Shown here in pieces: positions 52,247 through 63,033 of a DNA stretch of 64,000 bases. The notes beneath the pieces were generated by a model. It saw only the letters and a list, made by a program, of their open reading frames with translations, did no database searches and had not been told where the DNA came from. The position numbers and the translations under genes were made by a program. Location of the stretch: positions 1,856,001 through 1,920,000 of the forward strand of contig CAVWGN010000001.1 in NCBI GenBank assembly GCA_963754655.1, given 5' to 3'. Each line of letters opens with the position of its first letter. Within the stretch, counting starts at the first letter, position 1. This DNA comes from an uncultured Chlamydiae bacterium (GTDB taxonomy: Bacteria; Chlamydiota; Chlamydiia; Chlamydiales; Parachlamydiaceae).

Positions 52247-53536
52247 TCAAACTTTTTTAAGCTTTTCTAGCTTTGAAAAGGACTCATTAAGCTTTTGAAA
52301 GGATTCTGCTGTAAGAAGCCGGCATCTCTCTAAATCAAGCTCTTTTAAGTTTTTGGGGAGCTTGTCTAGGGAGGCTATGTCAGTAAATCCTAAATTAAGC
52401 TTTTCTAGCTTTGAAAAGGACTCATCAAGCTTTTGAAAGGCTTCTGCTGTAAGATAATTGCAATAGCTTAAGTCAAGCTCTTTTAAGTTTTTGGGGAGCT
52501 TGTCTAGAGAGGCTATGTTAGTCGATTTTACATTAAGCTTTTCTAGCTTTGAAAAGGACTCATCAAGCTTTTGAAAGGCTTCTGCCGTAAGAGACGACCT
52601 GCATCCTTCTAAGTTAAGCTCTTTTAAGTTTTTGGGGAGCTTGTCCAGGGAGGTTATATTAGTGAATCCTACATTAAGCTTTTCTAGCTTTGAAAAGGAC
52701 TCATCAAGCTTCTGAAAAGCTTCTGCTGTAAGAGACTTGCATACCATTAAGTTGAGCTCTTTTAAGTTTTTGGGGAGCTTGTCTAGGGAGGTTATATTAG
52801 TGAATCCTACATTAAGCTTTTCTAGCTTTGGAAAGGACTCATCAAGCTTTTGAAAGGATTCTGCTGTAAGAGACTCGCATCCGGCTAAGTTAAGCTCTTT
52901 TAAGTTTTTGGGGAGCTTTTCTAGGGAGGTTATGTTAGTCGATTCTACATTAAGCTTTTCTAGGTTTGAAAAAGAGGATAAATCTAATTTCTCTATTGGA
53001 GTAGTGCCTGATAAAGTCAGAGATCGAAGATTGGGACAGGCTTGTTGTAATCTTCTGAGTTTTTCATTATCTAAGCTTGTAAAATCAGGAAGATCGAGTG
53101 TATTGATTTCTTCTCCAAATTGCAGGGCAGCCTCAAATGTTTGCTCAGGAGAAGGGTTACTATCTAACAACTCAAAAGCTATTACTTTTCCCATCATTTG
53201 CGAATAGATGTCCATTGAACCCGCTGCCTCAAGCAACTCAGGATAGCGAATATCATGTGGAGAAGGATTGTCTAAATACTGCATGATTTGATTCCAAAGA
53301 TTTTGATCTTCGGGTTGAATGTTAAGTTGTTGAAGTAAGTTTTTAACTTCCTGTGCATTTTCTTGTGAAGGCAAAGAAAAGGCTGCTTGTCTTAAAAAAT
53401 CTTGAATAATAAGATTAATTTTTTCTAAATTTTTCGTTTTATCTGAAGAAACCTTCTCACTATTATAAGTGTTGATTAATTCCTTAAAAGAAACTTCGAT
53501 AGACGAAGGTAAATGGTAAGAATGACTCGGATCCAT
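52247..53536 (-). CDS. Variable LRR protein, array copy 3 (C-terminally truncated)
   Basis: Same units; a 50-bp deletion between TTAAGCTTTT repeats removes the terminal cap. Confidence 0.85.
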   Translation of the reverse strand: MDPSHSYHLPSSIEVSFKELINTYNSEKVSSDKTKNLEKINLIIQDFLRQAAFSLPSQENAQEVKNLLQQLNIQPEDQNLWNQIMQYLDNPSPHDIRYPELLEAAGSMDIYSQMMGKVIAFELLDSNPSPEQTFEAALQFGEEINTLDLPDFTSLDNEKLRRLQQACPNLRSLTLSGTTPIEKLDLSSFSNLEKLNVESTNITSLEKLPKNLKELNLAGCESLTAESFQKLDESFPKLEKLNVGFTNITSLDKLPKNLKELNLMVCKSLTAEAFQKLDESFSKLEKLNVGFTNITSLDKLPKNLKELNLEGCRSSLTAEAFQKLDESFSKLEKLNVKSTNIASLDKLPKNLKELDLSYCNYLTAEAFQKLDESFSKLEKLNLGFTDIASLDKLPKNLKELDLERCRLLTAESFQKLNESFSKLEKLKKV

Positions 53537-53860
53537 ATTTTCTTCTCTCTTTTGATTATGATTAAAAATTTAATACAATAATTAATAACTAATTTATTAT
53601 GTTTACAAATGCTATTATACAAACTATTTTAATTTTTAAGCGAGTACTAAAAACACTTTTTATTTAATTGACATTTGTATTAGATTTATTTTCAACTTGA
53701 GATTGATTTAATATCAAATGAATTTAGTAAAAAAAATTTGATTTGATATTAAATCTATGGAAACAGTTTTTCCTTCAAAAATATTTACCTAAATCGATCA
53801 TAAAAATGAATAAAAATAAAAAAATCCTGCCTTTTGTTGGCATGAAGATGACCGAATTGC

Positions 53861-54149
53861 CAGGGTGTTTTTACTAAACATATTTGACACTTGCAGCCCT
53901 TTAGGCTGCATGACACAACCCGCTCATAACCGAGGCGTTGTTCTAGTCTATTGCACTTACAGCCTTTCAGGCTGATAAAGAACCTCAGCTATAATATTAG
54001 ACCATAAGTCTAAAAGTACAATAGGAAATTCCCTGCATTAGCCTGAAGGGCTTTAAGTGCAATAGACCAGGGCAACGCGCTGGGTATAAGTGGTTTGTGT
54101 CATGCAGCCTGAAGGGCTGCAAGTGTCAAATATTTTTAGTAAAAAACAC
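53861..54149. repeat. REPIN-like palindrome family B (unit 3), followed by deleted trx remnant
   Basis: As unit 1. Confidence 0.85.
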
Positions 54150-54532
54150 TGATTGTTCAACTTCTTCATGAAAATTATTTTTGGTGAATTGAATAATTTC
54201 CAAAGCTTTTTTGGAACTTTCTCTTTCTCTTAAACTTTTATAGCCAATTTGAAGATGATCCTGAAATTTGACCTCAGACACTTTAACGCTTTTTTGAACG
54301 ATAGAATTTAATAAATCATCCATGACTTGCACATTCCGCTTTGGTAATGGAAAAAGAGTGCTTCCATGGCTTCCTATTCTCGCTTCTCCTATTTGGCATA
54401 AAATGTTCATGAGCAAAATATGCAGTTAGTGCTTGCAATTGATCCCATTTAAACAGGACCTTTAATATTTTCAAGGCTAGTACTCTAACTTTTCTCTCAG
54501 TAAGGCTTTTTTTAAAGAAATCGGTGCTTGAA

Positions 54533-57171
54533 TTAACTTGCTATAAGATTGTAGCAGCCGGTTGAGTCAAACTTTTTTAAGCTTTTGGGAAGCTTGTCCA
54601 ACGAGGCTATATTAGTGAATCCTACATTAAGCTTTTCTAGCTTTGAAAAAGACTCATCAAGCTTTTGAAAGGATTCTTCTGTAAGAGCCATGCAGTTAAC
54701 TAAGTCAAGCTCTTTTAAGTTTTTGGGGAGCTTGTCTAGTGATGCTATGTGAGTCGATCCTACATTAAGCTTTTCTAGCTTTATGAAAAAGACTCATCAA
54801 GCTTTTGAATGGATTCTGTTTTAAGGGAATGCAACCGATAGAGAGGTCAAAATGGATTTAACTAAATTATATTGCAGTGTAGATGATTTTTGGAAGTCAT
54901 TTAAACAAGAATGGGATAAGCATTTGATTGATAATGGCAAAACAAAGCGAGGGCCTGAACCAGAATTATCAATTCCAGAGATGATGACAATTGTGATTTT
55001 ATTTCATCAATCGAATTATCGAACATTTAAATATTTTTATGACTACGTTTGTAAGTATTTACGAAGAGATTTTCCAAAATTAATTAGCTATAGCCGTTTT
55101 GTTTATTTAATGAAGAATTTATTTATTCCATTATTTGCCTACCTTTTAGAGAGAAGAGGAGAGATAACAGGAATTGCTTTTATTGATTCTACATCTCTAG
55201 ATGTTTGCCATAATAAACGCATTAAAAGAAATAAAGTTTTCAAAGGTTTAGCCAAACGTGGAAAAACGACCTCTGGATGGTTCTATGGATTTAAATTACA
55301 TTTGATTATTAATGAGAAAGGAGAAATTTTAGCCTTTCAGCTGACTCCTGGGAATATTGCGGATGTATCTGTTGCTGAAACGTTATCAAAAGGAATTTTT
55401 GGAAAGTTATTCGGTGACAAAGGATATATTTCGGCAGAACTTGCAAAAACAGCTTTTAAAACAAGGACTTGAGTTGTTTACAACTATAAGATCAAATATG
55501 AAGCAAAAGCTCATGAAGTTAACAGATAGAATTCTTCTTAGAAAACGAGCAATAATTGAAACAGTAAATGATCAATTAAAAAATATTTCTCAAATTGAAC
55601 ATACACGTCATAGAAGTGCTGGAAACTTTTTGATCAATCTATTAGCTGGTATTGTAGCTTATACTCATCAGCAAAAAAAGCCATCTATAAATTTAGCTGA
55701 GCAAGATCGTATGTTATTAATGGCTGCATAAAAAACCCAAAACTCAGGTTACATTAAGCTTTTCTAGCTTTGAAAAAGACTCATCAAGCTTTTGAATGGA
55801 TTCTGTTGTAAGAGACCTGCATCCGAGTAAGCTAAGCTCTTTTAAGTTTTTGGGGAGCTTGTCTAGTGATGCTATGTTAGTCAATCCTACATTAAGCTTT
55901 TCTAGCTTTGAAAAAGACTCATCAAGCTTTTGAAATGATTCTGCCGTAAGAGAATTGCAATACGATAAGTCAAGCTTTTTTAAGCTTTTGGGGAGCTTGT
56001 CTAAGGAAGTTATGTCTGTTGATCTTCTTACATTAAGCTTTTCTAGCTTTGAAAAAGACTCATCAAGCTTTTGAAAGGATTGTGCTGTAAGAAGCTGGCA
56101 TCTTTCTAAGTCAAGCTCTTTTAAGCTTTTGGGGAGCTTGTCTAGGGAGGTTATATTAGTGAATCCTACATTAAGCTTTTCTAGCTTTGAAAAGGACTCA
56201 TCAAGTTTTTGAAAGGATTCTGTTGTAAGAGAATAGCATTTCGCTAAGTTAAGTTCTTTTAAGTTTTTGGGGAGCTTGTCTAGGGAGGCTATGTCAGTCG
56301 ATCCTACATTAAGCTTTTCTAGCTTTGAAAAAGACTCATCAAGCTTTTGAAGGGATTCTGCCGTAAGAGACCTGCATAAGTTTAAGTTAAGCTCTTTTAA
56401 GTTTTTGGGGAGCTTGTCTAGGGAGGCTATGTCAGTCGATCCTACATAAAGCTTTTCTAGCTTTGAAAAAGACTCATCAAGCTTTTGAAAGGATTCTGCC
56501 GTAAGAGACCTGCATAAGTTTAAGTTAAGCTCTTTTAAGTTTTTGGGGAGCTTGTCTAGGGAGGCTATATTAGTTAATTCTACATTAAGCTTTTCTAGCT
56601 TTGAAAAAAAGGATAAATCTAATTTCTCTATTGGAGTAGTGCCTGATAAAGTCAGAGATCGAAGATTGGGACAGGCTTGTTGTAATCTTCTGAGTTTTTC
56701 ATTATCTAAGCTTGTAAAATCAGGAAGATTGAGTGTATTGATTTCTTCTCCAAATTGCAGGGCAGCCTCAAATGTTTGCTCAGGAGAAGGGTTACTATCT
56801 AACAACTCAAAAGCTATTACTTTTCCCATCATTTGCGAATAGATGTCCATTGAACCCGCTGCCTCAAGCAACTCAGGATAGCGAATATCATGTGGAGAAG
56901 GATTGTCTAAATACTGCATGATTTGCTTCCAAAGATTTTGATCTTCGGGTTGAATCTTAAGTTGTTGAAGTAAGTTTTTAACTTCCTGTGCAGTTTCTTG
57001 TGAAGGCAAAGAAAAGGCTGCTTGTCTTAAAAAATCTTGAATAATAAGATTAATTTTTTTTAAATTTTTCGTTTTATCTGAAGAAACCTTTTCATTATTA
57101 TAAGTGTTGATTAATTCCTTAAAAGAAACTTCGATAGACGAAGGTAAATGGTAAGAATGATTCGGATCCAT
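54533..57171 (-). pseudogene. Variable LRR protein, array copy 4, interrupted by IS982
   Basis: ORF 55744..57171; remainder (VGSTH..LVNCMA..VGFTN..CYNLIAS*) at 54533-54820. Confidence 0.9.
54821..55749 (+). mobile_element. IS982-family element, frameshifted transposase (54852..55472 / 55357..55731)
   Basis: [40 protein letters not shown]; right end AACTCAGGT; extra A near 55447; left TIR not recognisable. Confidence 0.9.
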
Positions 57172-57494
57172 ATTTTCTTCTCTCTTTTGATTATGATTAA
57201 AAATTTAATAAAATAATTAATAAATAATTTATTATGTTTACAAATGCTATTATACAAACTATTTTAATTTTTAAGCGAGTATTAAAAACAATTTTTATTT
57301 AGTTGACATTTGTATTAGATTTATTTTCAACTTGAGATTGATTTAATATCAAATGAATTTAGTAAAAAAATTTGATTTGATATTAAATCTATGGAAACAG
57401 TTTTTCCTTCAAAAATATTTAACTAAATCGATCATAAAAATGAATAAAAACAAAAAATCCTGCCTTTTGTTGGCATGAAGATGATCCGAATTGC

Positions 57495-57786
57495 CAGGGT
57501 GTTTTTACTAAACATATTTGACACTTGCAGCCCTTTAGGCTGCATGACACAACCCGCTCATAACCGAGGCGTTGTTCTAGTCTATTGCACTTACAGCCTT
57601 TCAGGCTGATAAAGAACCTCAGCTATAATATTAGACCACAAGTCTAAAAGTACAATAGGAAATTCCCTGCATTAGCCTGAAGGGCTTTAAGTGCAATAGA
57701 CCAGGGTAACTCCGTGGTTATAAGCCGTTTGTGTCATGTAGCCTGAAGAGCTGCAAGTATCAAATATGTTTAGTAAAAACACCCTG
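57495..57786. repeat. REPIN-like palindrome family B (unit 4)
   Basis: As unit 2. Confidence 0.85.
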
Positions 57787-57799
57787 ATTGAATTGCTTT

Positions 57800-58293
57800 T
57801 TATTGAATTTCTTGAAAGAAATCTTTGATCTTTGCTTCACATTCTTCTTTTGACATATATCCTACAAGGCGGGAAACAACTTTTCCTTTATACATTAAGA
57901 TAGTTGTCGGATAGGCTTTGACCTTTAAAAAGTTGACTAATAACGTCTCTTCATCAGCATCAATTTTAGCAAATTGGCATTCTTTCTTATATTTTTCATG
58001 TAATGTTTCAAAAATGGGAGCAAAATATCTACAAGGACGACACCAGTCTGCATAGACATCAATAATGAAGGCCTTGTCTGATTGTTCAACTTCTTCATGA
58101 AAATTATTTTTGGTGAATTGAATAATTTCCAAAGCTTTTTGGAACTATCTCTTTCTCTTAAACTTTCATAGCCAATTTAAAGATGATCCTGAAATTTGAC
58201 CTCAGACACTTTAACACTTTTTTGAACGATAGAATTTAATAAATCATCCATGACTTGCACATTCGCTTTGGTAATGGAAAAAGAGTGCTTCAT
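57800..58293 (-). pseudogene. Thioredoxin (WCRPC) with disrupted N-terminal extension
   Basis: Trx domain 57800..58132; upstream MKHSFSITKANVQVMDD... has an in-frame TAA and a frameshift. Confidence 0.75.
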
Positions 58294-58435
58294 ATCCTTT
58301 ATTTTTCACAATAATCAAAGCCTAAAGTAGTATTATTTATTTGAATATTAAAAAGATAATGATAAAATATTTATGTGATTAGAATTGCTATTTTTTGTAC
58401 AAAATTAACACCCTAAACCCACGGTAAAGCTTCGA

Positions 58436-59063
58436 TTAAATTTTTAAATCATTTAAAATAATCTTGAATCCGTTTTCAGACCTATCAGCCATAGGATTTG
58501 TTAAAAGATCGCTTAAGTTATCCCATTTATCTGCTAATTTAATTTGAGCAGCTCCTGCTGATTTATAAGGAGCTGTCATAATTTGGAGCTTTTTGCGCTC
58601 CTCTTTAGGAAGAGTTTTATCATCTGTCACTTCTTGTACAAAAGCAGTTATTCGCTCTCCGAATAAATCTAGAAGTTCTTGATAAGAAGTTTTCAGTATC
58701 TTCCAATGTATCATGGAGTAAACCTGCGATAATGATAGAGGGATCTCGAATGCTTCCTACCGTGACCAAGTGATGCGCGACTGAAAGAGGATGGACGACA
58801 TAAGGTGTTTGTGCCTCATCTTTGCGCACTTGCTTGTGATGTTTATGAGCAGCAAATTCGACTGCTTTTAGACTGAGACGTACATCTTCTTCAATCCAAC
58901 CTTTCCCTCTTTCATAAACAACCATTAAAACCTTTTGAAATTGAATAGACTTTTCTTGTATCTGAAAGACAGGAGGGCCAAAATATTCTTTCACAACCTC
59001 ATCTAACCTTTTAAAATGCTGCTGTATTCTTTGAAGAGTAGAGGGATGGGGACGAATAAGCAT
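58436..59063 (-). pseudogene. HD hydrolase pseudogene
   Basis: Same +T frameshift (GAAGTTTTCAG) and altered 3' end as the 51662 copy. Confidence 0.9.
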
Positions 59064-59406
59064 ACACCTCTATTAAAACGACTTGCTTTTTAGCATGCTC
59101 AAGAAGCTATGGCTTTCCCAACTTTTTTGGTACTTATCTTCTCGCCATAGGCATTCCTATTTTTATAATAAATTTTTCATATAAACGAAATAGAGAAAAA
59201 TAAATAAATCATTTATGAGCAAAAATATCCGCCGCTTCCATGGCTTCCTATTCTCGCTTCTCCTATCTGGCATAAAACGTTCATGAGCAAAATATGCAGT
59301 TAGTGCTTGCAATTGATCCCATTTAAACAGGACCTTTAATATTTTCAAGGCTAGTACTCTAACTTTTCTCTCAGTAAGGCTTTTTTTAAAGAAATCGGTG
59401 CTTGAA

Positions 59407-61200
59407 TTAACTTGCTATAAGATTGTAGCAGCCGGTTGAGTCAAACTTTTTTAAGCTTTTGGGAAGCTTGTCCAACGAGGCTATATTAGTGTATCCTACA
59501 TCAAGCTTTTCTAGCTTTGAAAAAGACTCATCAAGCTTTTGAAAGGATTCTGCCGTAAGAGACTCGCATCTCTGTAAGTCAAGCTCTTTTAAGCTTTTGG
59601 GGAGCTTGTCTAAGGAGGCTATATCACTGAATCCTACATTAAGCTTTTCTAGCATTGAAAAGGACTCATCAAGCTTTTGAAAGGCTTCTGCTGTAAGAAG
59701 CCAGCATCTCTCTAAGTCAAGCTCTTTTAAGCTTTTGGGGAGCTTGTCTAGGGAGGCTATTCCAGTGAATCCTACATCAAGCTTTTCTAGCTTTGAAAAG
59801 GACTCATCAAGCTTTTGAAAGGACTCTAAGGAATCTATTGTAAGATCCGTGCATTTATATAAGTTAAGCTCTTTTAAGTTTTTGGGGAGCTTGTCTAGGG
59901 AGCCTATGTGAGTCGATCCTAAATCGAGCTTTTCTAGCTTTGAAAAGGACTCATCAAGCTTTTGAAAGGATTCTGCTGTAAGATAATTGCAATACCTTAA
60001 GTCAAGCTCTTTTAAGTTTTTAGGGAGCTTGTCTAGGGAGATTATATTAGTGTATCCTACATTAAGCTTTTCTAGCTTTGAAAAGGACTCATCAAGCTTT
60101 TGAAAGGATTCTGCCGTAAGAGACTCGCATCTCTCTAAGTCAAGCTCTTTTAAGTTGTTGGGGAGCTTGTCTAGGGAGGCTATGTGAGTAAATCCTAAAC
60201 TAAGCTTTTCTAGCTTTGGAAAAGACTCATCAAGCTTCTGAAAAGCTTCTGCTGTAAGATATGTGCATCCGGCTAAGTTAAGTTCTTTTAAGTTGTTGGG
60301 GAGCTTGTCTAGGGAGGTTATGTTAGTCGAGCCTACATTAAGCTTTTCTAGCATTGAAAAGGACTCATCAAGCTTTTGAAAGGATTCTGCCTTAAGAGAA
60401 TGGCATGCCGTTAAGTCAAGCTCTTTTAAGTTGTTGGGGAGCTTGTCTAGGGAGGCTATGTAAGTAAATCCTAAATTAAGCTTTTCTAGCTTTGGAAAAG
60501 ACTCATCAAGCTTTTGAAAGGATTCTGCTGTAAGATAATAGCAGCGCGCTAAGTTAAGCTCTTTTAAGCTTTTGGGGAGCTTGTCTAGGGATGCTATGTC
60601 AGTCGATTCTACACTAAGCTTTTCTAGGTTTGAAAAAGAGGATAAATCTAATTTCTCTATTGGAGTAGTGCCTGATAAAGTCAGAGATCGAAGATTGGGA
60701 CAGGCTTGTTGTAATCTTCTGAGTTTTTCATTATCTAAGCTTGTAAAATCAGGAAGATCGAGTGTAGTGATTTCTTCTCCAAATTGCAGGGCAGCCTCAA
60801 ATGTTTGCTCAGGAGAAGGGTTACTATCTAACAACTCAAAAGCTATTACTTTTCCCATAATTTGTGAATAGATGTCCATTGAACCCGCTGCCTCAAGCAA
60901 CTCAGGATAGCGAATATCATGTGGAGAAGGATTGTCTAAATACTGCATGATTTGATTCCAAAGATTTTGATCTTCGGGTTGAATCTTAAGTTGTTGAAGT
61001 AAGTTTTTAACTTCCTGTGCAGTTTCTTGTGAAGGCAAAGAAAAGGCTGCTTGTCTTAAAAAATCTTGAATAATAAGATTAATTTTTTCTAACTTTTTCG
61101 TTTTATCTGAAAAAACCTTCTCATTATTATAAGTGTTGATTAATTCCTTAAAAGAAACTTCGATAGACGAAGGTAAATGGTAAGAATGATTCGGGTCCAT
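59407..61200 (-). CDS. Variable LRR protein, array copy 5 (intact, 597 aa)
   Basis: Eight Cys-containing repeats, full C-cap KKFDSTGCYNLIAS. Confidence 0.9.
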   Translation of the reverse strand: MDPNHSYHLPSSIEVSFKELINTYNNEKVFSDKTKKLEKINLIIQDFLRQAAFSLPSQETAQEVKNLLQQLKIQPEDQNLWNQIMQYLDNPSPHDIRYPELLEAAGSMDIYSQIMGKVIAFELLDSNPSPEQTFEAALQFGEEITTLDLPDFTSLDNEKLRRLQQACPNLRSLTLSGTTPIEKLDLSSFSNLEKLSVESTDIASLDKLPKSLKELNLARCYYLTAESFQKLDESFPKLEKLNLGFTYIASLDKLPNNLKELDLTACHSLKAESFQKLDESFSMLEKLNVGSTNITSLDKLPNNLKELNLAGCTYLTAEAFQKLDESFPKLEKLSLGFTHIASLDKLPNNLKELDLERCESLTAESFQKLDESFSKLEKLNVGYTNIISLDKLPKNLKELDLRYCNYLTAESFQKLDESFSKLEKLDLGSTHIGSLDKLPKNLKELNLYKCTDLTIDSLESFQKLDESFSKLEKLDVGFTGIASLDKLPKSLKELDLERCWLLTAEAFQKLDESFSMLEKLNVGFSDIASLDKLPKSLKELDLQRCESLTAESFQKLDESFSKLEKLDVGYTNIASLDKLPKSLKKFDSTGCYNLIAS

Positions 61201-61524
61201 ATTTTCTTCTCTCTTTTGATTATGATTAAAAATTTAATACAATAATTAATAAATAATTTATTATGTTTACAAATGCTATTATACAAACTATTTTAATTTT
61301 TAAGCGAGTACTAAAGACATTTTTTATTTAATTGACATTTGTATTAGATTTAATTTCAACTTGAGATTGATTTAATATCAATCAATTTAATAAAAAAATT
61401 GATTCGATATTAAATCTATGGAAGGAAATAGTTTTTCTTTCAAAAAAGTTTATCTAAATTGATCATAAAAATGAACAAAAATAAAAAATGCTGTCTTTTG
61501 TTAGCATAAAGATGACCGAATTGC

Positions 61525-61814
61525 CAGGGTGTTTTTACTAAACATATTTGACACTTGCAGCCCTTCAGGCTGTATGACACAAGCCACTCATAACCAAGGC
61601 GTTATCTTAGTCTATTGCACTTACAGCCTTTCAGGCTGATAGAGAACCTCAGCTTACAATATTAGACCGCAAGTCTAAAAGTAAAATAGGAAGTTCCCTG
61701 CATTAGCCTGAAGGGCTTTAAGTGCAATATACCAGGACAACGCCCTGGGTATGAGTGGGTTGTGTCACGCAGCCTGAAGGGCTGCAAGTGTCAAATATTT
61801 TTAGTAAAAAACAC
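61525..61814. repeat. REPIN-like palindrome family B (unit 5), followed by deleted trx remnant
   Basis: As units 1 and 3. Confidence 0.85.
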
Positions 61815-62140
61815 TGATTGTTCAACTTCTTCATGAAAATTATTTTTGGTGAATTGAATAATTTCCAAAGCTTTTTTGGAACTATCTCTTTCTCTTAAAC
61901 TTTCATAGCCAATTTGAAGATGATCCTGAAATTTGACCTCAGACACTTTAACGCTTTTTTGAACGATAGAATTTAATAAATCATCCATGACTTGCACATT
62001 CCGCTTTGGTAATGGAAAAAGAGTGCTTCCATGGCTTCCTATTCTCGCTTCTCCTATCTGGCATAAAATGTTCATGAGCAAAATATGCAGTTAGTGCAAT
62101 TGATCCCATTTAAATAGGACCTTTAATATTTTCAAGGCTA

Positions 62141-62979
62141 GGGAGCGTACCTAAAAGATTTAAAATAATAACTATTATGATTTATAATTTTCTCTGATAA
62201 AACAAGGGGGAAATTTGAATGAGTAGGATAGTATTAACTAATGAAAGATGGATAAAAATAAAACCTTTATTGCCAAAAGAACGAGGATATTGGGGCAGAC
62301 CAAGTCGGCCTCATCGTAAGATTTTAGAAGGCATTATTTGGATTTTAAGAACAGGAGCCGCTTGGAGGGATCTACCACCCAAGTATGGTCCTTGGAGCAC
62401 ATGTTATAATCGCTTTAATCATGGACAAAGGCTGGAATCTGGCAAACGATTTGGCAAGCTTTAAAAGATGAAATTGACGAAGAAAATTACTCTGTAGACA
62501 GCTCAATTGTTGAAGCGCATCAAGATGCTTGTAGGATAAAAAAAAAGCCGAAGAAGTCATGGGAAAATCAAGGGCCGGAACAACCACAAAAATTCATGCA
62601 GTAACAGATGGATTAGGTCGTTGTATTGATTTTATCTTGACAGAAGGTCAAGTACACGAGAGCACTCAAATGAAGCTTTTACTCAGTGGAAAAAGTCCAC
62701 AAAATGTTATAGCTGATAAAGCTTACGACTCAAATGAAATCAGAAATTTTATAGAAAAGATGGGAAGTCAAGCAGTCATACCCAGCAAAGTATCAAGAGC
62801 TGAACTAATTGAACATGATAAACATATCTACAGAGAGCGTTGCTTGGTAGAAAATTTTTTTCAGTTTATAAAACGATTTAGGCGTATTAAAATAAGATAC
62901 GAAATGAAAGCTCAAAATTATGCAGGAATGTTGACGATCGCTTGTATTATACAATGGTTAATCTTTTAGGTACGCTCCC
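62141..62979 (+). mobile_element. IS5-family copy 2 (extra 1-bp deletion in ORF A)
   Basis: Same TIRs; inserted in CTAG with TA duplication; AATCATGG versus AATCGATGG near 62420. Confidence 0.95.
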
Positions 62980-63033
62980 TAGTACTCTAACTTTTCTCTC
63001 AGTAAGGCTTTTTTAAAGAAATCGGTGCTTGAA

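Noticed and set aside
54126..54416. 96-aa ORFs here and at 61791..62081
   Set aside because: Chimeric frames made by deletions joining spacer, trx 5' remnant and REP.
38498..60871. Recurrent plus-strand ORFs MGSLSR... (38498, 49768, 52908, 56543, 60572)
   Set aside because: Antisense shadows of the duplicated LRR N-terminal region; recurrence follows from the duplication.
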